From contig JBKCVM010000019.1 of NCBI GenBank assembly GCA_046317855.1, forward strand, positions 1 through 59,985: a stretch of 59,985 nucleotides of DNA. Reading direction: 5' to 3'. Shown piece after piece: positions 1 through 7,153 of the stretch (the first letter of the stretch is position 1; the number at the start of each line of letters is the position of its first letter). Origin of the DNA: Oligoflexia bacterium (GTDB taxonomy: Bacteria > Bdellovibrionota > UBA1018). The notes under the pieces are model-generated. The model saw only the letters and a program-made list of their open reading frames with translations, was not told the origin of the DNA and did not search any database. The position numbers and the translations under genes were made by a program.

Positions 1-969
1 CAAGTCGATACGGCTGTGCTCATTCGAGGTGAAAGCGGAACCGGAAAAGAACTGGTGGCCCAAGCCCTCCACTTCAACAGCCCCAGAAAAGACAATCGCT
101 TTGTCACAGTCAACTGCTCGGCGATCCCTGAGACGCTCATCGAGAGTGAGTTCTTTGGTCATGAAAAAGGAGCATTCACTGGAGCCGATCAGCGAAAAAT
201 CGGAAAATTTCAATATGCGGACGGTGGAACTCTATTCTTAGACGAAATCGGAGACATCTCTGCCGCAATGCAAGTCAAGCTCCTGAGAGCCCTACAGACC
301 AAGTGCTTTACGCCGGTCGGATCCAATCGCGAGATTGAAGTGGATGTTCGCATTGTTGCAGCAACAAACCGTAATCTCGAGGAAATGATCCGCAACGGGC
401 AGTTTCGTGAAGACCTCTTTTATCGGCTCAACGTGCTCCCGATTCAACTGCCGCCACTGAGGGATCGACGGAATGACATCGAACACTTGGTTCGGCACTT
501 TATTGATAAATTCAACCATCAACACAAGAAGCACATTTCAGGTGCGACTGATGAAGCCATGGAATTGCTGCTTGCCCACTCTTGGCCAGGCAATATCCGT
601 GAACTTGAAAATGTGATTGAGCACGCCTTTGTTATCGAAACTGATGATGAGATTCATGCATCCAGCCTGCCCTCTCATTTCAACGCGCATGGACTACCTG
701 ATAGTGGCGCAGGCGAACCCTTACTCGATCCTTCAGATTTCTCAGCCCCCGACGGGGCTCCGCTTTCAATTGAGACGGGCTTTAGGCTCGACATCAACCG
801 CCTGGACTTTCAGGCCAACAAGGAAGAATTTGAACGTCAGTTTCTGATCTCTGCCCTCAAAACCTTCAAGGGCAGAATCAATCAAACAGCACTCCACGCA
901 AACATTCCAAAGAAAACGCTTCTACGAAAACTCGAGAAGTATGGGATCAAGGCCAGAGAATACTCTTAA
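1..969 (+). CDS. sigma54-dependent enhancer-binding transcriptional regulator (NtrC/Fis family), 5' partial
   Basis: Frame is open from base 1 (QVDTAVLIRGESGTGKE). Walker A GESGTGKE, GAFTGA loop, Walker B LFLDEIG, FREDLFYRLNV, WPGNIRELEN and a C-terminal Fis-type HTH. Confidence 0.93.
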   Translation, partial: QVDTAVLIRGESGTGKELVAQALHFNSPRKDNRFVTVNCSAIPETLIESEFFGHEKGAFTGADQRKIGKFQYADGGTLFLDEIGDISAAMQVKLLRALQTKCFTPVGSNREIEVDVRIVAATNRNLEEMIRNGQFREDLFYRLNVLPIQLPPLRDRRNDIEHLVRHFIDKFNHQHKKHISGATDEAMELLLAHSWPGNIRELENVIEHAFVIETDDEIHASSLPSHFNAHGLPDSGAGEPLLDPSDFSAPDGAPLSIETGFRLDINRLDFQANKEEFERQFLISALKTFKGRINQTALHANIPKKTLLRKLEKYGIKAREYS

Positions 970-979
970 TCGACTGCGA

Positions 980-1804
980 TTAGAGCTTTTCTAGCGCCTT
1001 TTCATCCACTTTGATCTCAGCCGCTCCTCGCAACTTGGCAACGTACTGGCCCAGCAGCTGTTGGCGAAGCAAAGCTCGCGCCTTCATTTCGACTTCGGCA
1101 AAGTTCTGTACTCGACCGGGCTTCTTATCCATCACACGGATGATGTGGTATCCGTAAAGCGTCTTGACCGGACCTACAATATCACCCGTAGAAGCTCCAA
1201 ATGCAGCCTTCGTGAATTCTTCTGACAACTGATCGCGGCTAAAGTAACCCAACTCGCCTCGGTTATTTTTTGCCGACAAGTCTCTTGAAAACTGCTCGGC
1301 TAGTTTCTGAAAGTCCGCACCTGGAGCTGAGGCCTTCTTGAGCATTTCGCGAGCCTCGGCATCCGTCTGGACTAGAATGTGCTGAGCTCGAACTTGCTCA
1401 GTACTAAAGAGTAGCTGGTTGCTCTTATAAAATTTTCGAGCCGCGTCTTCACTCACTTTCGAGCCAAGTTGCTGCTCCAGCAAAAGGGCGACCATCTGTT
1501 GGCGCCTAAACGCTTCAACAGCTGCTTTGACTTGCTCGTTTTCGTCCGCCTTCTGCCGTTCCGCCTCTTGGTAGAGAATCTCCTGCTCAATGAGATTGGA
1601 CAGAATCTGGCGCCGATTCGTGCGATCTTTGAGAATATTCCCTTTTTGGCCGTCATTATATTGACTCAACGCCACCTTGAGGTCTTGCTCTGTGAACTGA
1701 CGCTTACCCACCGTGGCCAACACCGCGGCAGCAGCAGCCGGCATGGCAAGGCCGAGCGCTAAAAGAGCTGAAAACTCAGGACGAATTCGTGGCAAAAATT
1801 TCAT
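980..1804 (-). CDS. exported parvulin (PpiC)-type peptidyl-prolyl isomerase, PrsA/SurA-like
   Basis: Signal peptide (SALLALGLAMPAAAAA); rotamase motifs VRAQHILV, GELGYF, GPVKTLYGYHII; GGGGA SD upstream. Confidence 0.9.
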   Translation of the reverse strand: MKFLPRIRPEFSALLALGLAMPAAAAAVLATVGKRQFTEQDLKVALSQYNDGQKGNILKDRTNRRQILSNLIEQEILYQEAERQKADENEQVKAAVEAFRRQQMVALLLEQQLGSKVSEDAARKFYKSNQLLFSTEQVRAQHILVQTDAEAREMLKKASAPGADFQKLAEQFSRDLSAKNNRGELGYFSRDQLSEEFTKAAFGASTGDIVGPVKTLYGYHIIRVMDKKPGRVQNFAEVEMKARALLRQQLLGQYVAKLRGAAEIKVDEKALEKL

Positions 1805-1816
1805 TTAGGTTCCCCT

Positions 1817-3109
1817 TCAGACAAACTTCTTGAACAAACGATCGTAATGCTCCTGCACCTTCGAGAGATTCACACTGCTCAAAAAGCTCGAAAAACTCAT
1901 CCAAACTGCAACCCCGTTGAGATCAGCAAACTGCGGAGGAAGAAACACGGGTGCATCCACGATCCCCTCCTGGTGCTTACGATACAGCAACGGAACATCT
2001 TCAACTGAAAGTTTGCCAACAAACAAAAAGGGAATCAACTGCGGCTTCCCGCCTCGAATCGCTGCCCGCATGAAATTGTAGTTTTCAACGAAGCCGCGAC
2101 AGTAAGCGAGATCCTTGGTGAAGGGGGCCCCCCCTTCGATAACCCCACCTCGAAAAACCCGGAGCGCATTGGCCAGGCACTCGTCCTCGGAGTAGCCCTC
2201 GGTCCGATAGAACTCAATCACCTCAAGCAGATTGGCACCCTCTTGGGCTTTCTCGATCCCAATGATTCTGTCATTGATCTGGCGGGCACGTCGCGGGTAG
2301 CTCCTAAAAGTGAAAATCTCCATCAAGACTGCCAGGCCCTCTTGGGTAGAGGAGCAACGAGGCGGGCCCTTAGAAAGCCACCGGGCCACATGCTGATGAT
2401 TGCCGTTTAAGGTGGTGCCGACGTGAACCCAGCCCTCATGGACTTCTAAGATGTCGATATCCCGTCGCGAAAATCGAGAACCATCCTTGATCTTGACCGT
2501 ATCACCTCCGGCCGCAGCATCGGCCAGAATCCCATCCGAGAGCTTGGCTTTCACCCGGTCTGCTCCGAAAACCAAATCAAATCGAGAATTCAATTCGTCC
2601 ACGACGGCGGGGGCCTCGAGTTCTTTAGGGTACTCAGCCCCCAGAGCCGCGTCGTCGATGCCTGAGAGAATCTCGTAGAGTGTACGCCCCAACTCCGAGA
2701 CGGTCCGACTTTCATCAAAGAAACAATCCTTCGGAGAACCGTAGAGTTTCCGGCTGTATTCACCAAATTTCTCAGTTCCGCGGCTTTGCAGGAGTCTCAC
2801 TACATCCCGGTACTGCTCACAGATGCTTACGAGGAGAGCCCCAAGATCATCTTCATTTCCCAGGCTGGATTGAATATCCCCGATGAGATCTTTGAATTCT
2901 TCGAGTTTTTGCTTGGGATCAAACCCAAGCGTGTTCTTTTCAAAAAGCTCGGGCCCTCCAACCGGAAGTGACTTGAACTTGCGTTTTCGTAGCTCGCTTT
3001 CAAAGGAGGGGTCCCACTTAATCGCATCCAGAACACGAATGGGACGCTGAGCCTCGACAATGCGCTGTGAAAGCCGCTTGACCTTCTCTTTGGTAGTGCT
3101 CCAGACCAT
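1817..3109 (-). CDS. QEGLA-motif protein (DUF1704/MATCAP-family HExxxH metallopeptidase)
   Basis: HEGWVH (HExxxH) followed by STQEGLA; FTKDLAYCRG C-terminal motif. Confidence 0.85.
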   Translation of the reverse strand: MVWSTTKEKVKRLSQRIVEAQRPIRVLDAIKWDPSFESELRKRKFKSLPVGGPELFEKNTLGFDPKQKLEEFKDLIGDIQSSLGNEDDLGALLVSICEQYRDVVRLLQSRGTEKFGEYSRKLYGSPKDCFFDESRTVSELGRTLYEILSGIDDAALGAEYPKELEAPAVVDELNSRFDLVFGADRVKAKLSDGILADAAAGGDTVKIKDGSRFSRRDIDILEVHEGWVHVGTTLNGNHQHVARWLSKGPPRCSSTQEGLAVLMEIFTFRSYPRRARQINDRIIGIEKAQEGANLLEVIEFYRTEGYSEDECLANALRVFRGGVIEGGAPFTKDLAYCRGFVENYNFMRAAIRGGKPQLIPFLFVGKLSVEDVPLLYRKHQEGIVDAPVFLPPQFADLNGVAVWMSFSSFLSSVNLSKVQEHYDRLFKKFV

Positions 3110-3130
3110 GATTGACCCAGTATCTCACGT

Positions 3131-3146
3131 GGGCCCCGGCCTTGCA
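3131..3146 (+). promoter_or_regulatory. candidate sigma54 -24/-12 promoter
   Basis: GGGCCC-N5-TTGCA versus consensus TGGCAC-N5-TTGCA, with exact GG-N10-GC spacing. Predicted +1 near 3157, upstream of a GGAGG SD and the ATG at 3172. Confidence 0.45.
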
Positions 3147-3171
3147 CTAAGCAGTGCTGGGAGGATTTTTC

Positions 3172-3744
3172 ATGCTGCTGCCTGATAATGCCGCAACAGA
3201 GCTTAAACGGGCCTATAATTCTGTTGTTGAGGCAGGCGTCACTCACCTCTGGAATCACACTCTAGACTCACCTATTCAAGCCCGACACGTTGTTGCGCTC
3301 TATCAAAGGGCCATGACTGATTACCGAACCAACACTCCCGAGAGCCGCTTGAGAGCAGAACGGTGGGCTCGAGCAGCCAAGCATTTGGCGGATGCACTGT
3401 GGCACGAGGCCAAGATCGCCTACCTGAGAGATCGCACTGCAGAACTGCCGTACCTTTCAGACGCTGAGGCAGAATACCACTTACACGATGAGACCGAGGA
3501 TACCGCTCAGGCCCTCTTTGCAGCATGCAGCCTGATCCCTGAGGTCAATGCGGGCCTAGAACTAGAGACTTGGTTAGGCCGGGGACGGCATCACCTCGCT
3601 CAACTCAAAGACCCACATCATCCGATTCACGAGCTGTTACGGGCTGAGCGGATCAAGGCCGCTAACCAGTACGGCCGAGCACTGGAGTGCGCCCTACTCG
3701 CCCTGGAGCCCAGCATGAAAAAACCCGAAAAAAAAGCGGCCTGA
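3172..3744 (+). CDS. hypothetical all-helical protein with internal duplication
   Basis: GGAGG SD before ATG 3172 (ORF track starts at GTG 3154). Two LRAER..AA....AL repeats; no signal peptide. Confidence 0.7.
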   Translation: MLLPDNAATELKRAYNSVVEAGVTHLWNHTLDSPIQARHVVALYQRAMTDYRTNTPESRLRAERWARAAKHLADALWHEAKIAYLRDRTAELPYLSDAEAEYHLHDETEDTAQALFAACSLIPEVNAGLELETWLGRGRHHLAQLKDPHHPIHELLRAERIKAANQYGRALECALLALEPSMKKPEKKAA

Positions 3745-3764
3745 CGATTTCTCGCCAGGCCGCT
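3728..3764 (-). terminator. Rho-independent terminator of rplM-rpsI
   Basis: Minus-strand RNA AGCGGCCUGGCGA-GAAA-UCGUCAGGCCGCU forms a 13-bp stem (one GU pair) with a GAAA loop, followed by a U run. It overlaps the stop codon of the convergent gene. Confidence 0.85.
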
Positions 3765-3791
3765 GGTTGAAACTGAACTTCCAGCCTCCGT

Positions 3792-4190
3792 TTAACGCTT
3801 GGAGTACTGGTAGCGGCGACGAGCGCCTGCCAGACCATATTTCTTACGCTCAACCACGCGGGAGTCGCGGGTAAGAAAGCCGGCCTTCTTGAGCACTCCG
3901 CGAAGCGACGGATCGACACGAATGAGGCCACGTGCAATGCCATGGCGAACTGCGCCGGCCTGACCAGTACTGCCTCCGCCCTTGACGTTCACCTTGATGT
4001 CAAAACGACCCACGGTCTGAGTCATTTCGAGAGCCTGCATGATCATCATGCGAGACGTGGGGCGCGGAAAGTAATTCTCAAATCCGCGTCCATTAATCAG
4101 GATGACACCGGTCTCTCCGGCTCGCTGGCGAATGTACACACGAGCTACTGCAACCTTGCGCTTACCAACAGTCTGGGTCTGCTTTTCCAT
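3792..4190 (-). CDS. rpsI: 30S ribosomal protein S9
   Basis: [51 protein letters not shown]. Confidence 0.98.
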   Translation of the reverse strand: MEKQTQTVGKRKVAVARVYIRQRAGETGVILINGRGFENYFPRPTSRMMIMQALEMTQTVGRFDIKVNVKGGGSTGQAGAVRHGIARGLIRVDPSLRGVLKKAGFLTRDSRVVERKKYGLAGARRRYQYSKR

Positions 4191-4203
4191 GAATCAGTTT
4201 TCC

Positions 4204-4707
4204 TTACTTTGCCTTACGAGCAACATTGGTGCGACGAACCGCTCCAGCTGGGAGTGCCTGCGGGTTCTGTGCAGCATGAGGATGCTCGGTACCTGTAAAA
4301 ATCTTGAGCTTCTTCATCTGGTGACGAGCCAAGCTTGACTTGTTGGTCATGCCCCAGACTGCCTGACGAAGAATCTCTTCTGGATTTCGGGCAAGCATCT
4401 GAGCTGCCGTAGCAGTCTTGAGTCCGCCCACATACCCAGTGTGGCGGCGATAGAGCTTGCCGTCCCACTTATTGCCGGTAAACGCCACCTTGTCAGCGTT
4501 GAGAACCACCACAAAATCACCTGCATCCGCATGGCGGGTATAGGTTGGCTTGTGCTTGCCCGTAATGACACGAGCAATGAGTGTAGAAATTCGACCCACG
4601 ACCTGGTCCTTCGCATCCACCACAAACCACTTGGGAGCGTTGGGACCCTTGGTCTCAAAAAAATGGGGGCCCTGTTGTTTTGCCTGATACGTCTTTCTCT
4701 GCAACAT
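4204..4707 (-). CDS. rplM: 50S ribosomal protein L13
   Basis: KWFVVDA, GKHKPTYT, DAGDFVVVLNA, YRRHTGYVGGLK, KKLKIF; directly upstream of rpsI. Confidence 0.98.
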   Translation of the reverse strand: MLQRKTYQAKQQGPHFFETKGPNAPKWFVVDAKDQVVGRISTLIARVITGKHKPTYTRHADAGDFVVVLNADKVAFTGNKWDGKLYRRHTGYVGGLKTATAAQMLARNPEEILRQAVWGMTNKSSLARHQMKKLKIFTGTEHPHAAQNPQALPAGAVRRTNVARKAK

Positions 4708-4716
4708 AGGCGGTAG

Positions 4717-4745
4717 GATCTATAGTTTGACTAAGTTGAAGTCAA
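4717..4745 (-). promoter_or_regulatory. candidate sigma70 promoter for rplM
   Basis: TTGACT-N17-TAGATC, then 9 nt to the ATG; no SD. The -10 match is weak. Confidence 0.5.
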
Positions 4746-4764
4746 CGCCTTTTTCACCTATGAT
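4736..4764 (+). promoter_or_regulatory. candidate sigma70 promoter for speB
   Basis: TTGAAG-N17-TATGAT, then 9 nt to ATG 4774; no SD. Confidence 0.55.
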
Positions 4765-4773
4765 CTCGAGCAC

Positions 4774-5754
4774 ATGAGTCGCCCCTCACCCACTCCCCAA
4801 TACTCTCCAAAAAACCCTCTCGTCAGCCCTCGCTTTGGCGATGTGGCGACCTTCAATCGGCTGCCCTATGTCCCTGATTTAAAAGGAAAGGGTGTAGATG
4901 TAGCAATTCTAGGTGTGCCCTTCGATGGAGGCACCACTTATCGCCCTGGGGCCCGCTTTGCACCCCGGGCAGTTCGAGAGGCGTCGGCACTTTGCCGCAA
5001 TTTCAACCCTCAATTGGGCGTCCACGTTTATGAGAAATTAAATGTCGTCGACGGTGGGGACATCTCGGTCAATCCACTGAATATCCACACGACGTTCAAG
5101 AACATTGAAACTCACGTCAGAGCAGCGCACGACGCTGGAGCTCGAACTGTGCTGGTGGGTGGAGACCACTCCATCCTGTTGCCTGAACTCAGAGCCATCA
5201 ATGCCCGTTACGGAAAGCCAATCCTCGTGCAGTTTGACGCGCACACGGATACTGCCGATGCCGCGTGGGGAGAGCGCTATCACCACGGTACGCCGGTTCG
5301 CCGGGCAATCGATGAGGACCTCATCACTGGTGCAGACGTGTTTCAAATCGGAATTCGAGGTCCGCTCACTTCAGCAGATCAAGAGGCGTACTGTCGTCGA
5401 GAAAAAATCAATATTCTTGGAATCGACGATTTTAACGAGCCAAAAAAACGTGAAGCTTTTTTCAGCTCTCTCCGCAACCGTGCACTGTCTAAAAGCAGAG
5501 CAAAATCACGACCCGTGTTCATCACATTTGACGTCGACGGTGTTGACCCGGCATTTGCGCCGGGAACGGGCACTCCCGTAGTGGGCGGAATGACAAGCTT
5601 TGAAGCACTCCACTGTGTTCGTAAACTTAAGGGCCTCCACATCTGCGGAGCAGATGTGGTTGAGATCTCTCCGCCCCATGATCACGCAGACCTGACCTCG
5701 CTCTTAGGAGCGGCTCTCGTTTTTGAGTTCTTGAGCCTGATGGCCTCTCAGTAA
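4774..5754 (+). CDS. speB: agmatinase (ureohydrolase family)
   Basis: GVPFDGGTTYRPGARFAP, GGDHS, DAHTD, TFDVDGVDPAFAPGTGTPVVGG; Mn-ligand motifs intact. Confidence 0.92.
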   Translation: MSRPSPTPQYSPKNPLVSPRFGDVATFNRLPYVPDLKGKGVDVAILGVPFDGGTTYRPGARFAPRAVREASALCRNFNPQLGVHVYEKLNVVDGGDISVNPLNIHTTFKNIETHVRAAHDAGARTVLVGGDHSILLPELRAINARYGKPILVQFDAHTDTADAAWGERYHHGTPVRRAIDEDLITGADVFQIGIRGPLTSADQEAYCRREKINILGIDDFNEPKKREAFFSSLRNRALSKSRAKSRPVFITFDVDGVDPAFAPGTGTPVVGGMTSFEALHCVRKLKGLHICGADVVEISPPHDHADLTSLLGAALVFEFLSLMASQ

Positions 5755-7043
5755 AGAGAAGTCCGGAGCAGGTAGCCTGGAATTTCAGTCTTGTTGGTCA
5801 CCCCCAAGGGGGCCGTACCTGAAGAAAGCTCTAAAAACGCCTCGCTCGATGGAAAGACATCGAGCGCATGAATATCTTCCCAGTCAGCGCGGTCATTTTT
5901 TACTCCGCCCGACCCGGTCTCAGTACCCGAGGTGTCCTCGTTAGCCGATGCATCGCCATTTCGGTACTTATCAAGTTCGGCCACTTCATTCCACTCACGC
6001 ACGTAGACTCGGACGCGGGCGTTGACTTCCTCTGCCCGGTCCAGACACAAAAACTCATAATATGGAACGGGAGAGTAGCCCGCACGTGTTGAAAACCCCT
6101 TGGGATAACTTGCCGCACTAGCCAAATTGAGTGTCTTTACATGGTTGGCAGTAAAGGCAGTATTGACCAGAATGGACCCGGACGACCTCGATAGAGCAGT
6201 GTAACCGCGGCTGATACCGGTACCGTCTACGTTAAAATAATTTACGATCGGATACCCATCCTCTGATTTGCTTTGAGTGCGCATGGCTGGCCCCGCCAGG
6301 CAATTTGCACCACTTCCACCCCAACTCGGAAAGCTGGTGACCACCGTATTGGGCGTCACACTTAGATCCGTCACAGTCAGTTGATAAGTGCCGGAGCAGC
6401 AATTAGGTCCGCCACTATCCGAATAGTTGTAGAGACACCGAATGCCGCCGCCGTTTGAATTCACGGCGACTTGCGCGACTGCATCCGGCGTGAGTACACC
6501 GCCCACATACGTTTGAGTAGCCACCGAGGTAATCGTTCCGGCCGCGCTAATCGTGTAGCTCACCACGGAGGGACCAAATCGATCCGCGCCCGCAAGTGCC
6601 GGTTCATAATTCCAAAAATGAAATGGATTCTCAACGAAGTACTCACACATCGATGAAGGCACATTATAAGCAAGAGAAAGTCCATTGAATGCCAGCTCAA
6701 GTTCATCTGCCTCAACCAGACATTCAATCATGGCCGCAGCACTTCCATCAGCATTCGTGATTTTGCATTCGTTCAATCGGTCGGCCACTGGGTTAGTTCC
6801 CAGAGTTGCAGAGGAACGCTGATGAATCAGGTAGTTTCCCTCATCGCAGGTCCCAGAGCCGCTCGATCCCGTAAACGTTCGGCACGCCTTGACCCAAAAG
6901 CCAGCCGAATCGTCCGGATCTCCAATGGACACTCCGGTGCCCTGACTCACAGAGCTCTCAGAAGATCTGGCATTCAATTCGCGACAGGCGGTGCCACTCA
7001 AAATCAACGCGATCATGCATGCTAATAGAACAGGCTGCTTCAT
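5748..7043 (-). CDS. Cys-rich putative lipoprotein or exported protein of unknown function
   Basis: Start re-called to ATG 7043 (GAGG SD). Signal MKQPVLLACMIALILSGTA-C with a lipobox-like Cys, 10 further Cys, S/T/G-rich. Confidence 0.75.
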   Translation of the reverse strand: MKQPVLLACMIALILSGTACRELNARSSESSVSQGTGVSIGDPDDSAGFWVKACRTFTGSSGSGTCDEGNYLIHQRSSATLGTNPVADRLNECKITNADGSAAAMIECLVEADELELAFNGLSLAYNVPSSMCEYFVENPFHFWNYEPALAGADRFGPSVVSYTISAAGTITSVATQTYVGGVLTPDAVAQVAVNSNGGGIRCLYNYSDSGGPNCCSGTYQLTVTDLSVTPNTVVTSFPSWGGSGANCLAGPAMRTQSKSEDGYPIVNYFNVDGTGISRGYTALSRSSGSILVNTAFTANHVKTLNLASAASYPKGFSTRAGYSPVPYYEFLCLDRAEEVNARVRVYVREWNEVAELDKYRNGDASANEDTSGTETGSGGVKNDRADWEDIHALDVFPSSEAFLELSSGTAPLGVTNKTEIPGYLLRTSLY

Positions 7044-7062
7044 GCGGTCTTCCTCACCCACC

Positions 7063-7090
7063 ATTATAAGGAGAAAAATTGCTTACCCAA
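7063..7090 (-). promoter_or_regulatory. candidate sigma70 promoter for the lipoprotein gene
   Basis: Perfect TATAAT at 7068-7063 with TTGGGT 16 nt upstream; lies in the 110-bp gap after the Omp85 gene. Confidence 0.45.
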
Positions 7091-7153
7091 AACCGGCAAA
7101 ATCTGCAGCGCTCAGGGCACCGGCAAGAGTGTAGGGTCCCAAGATGTGCAGCT

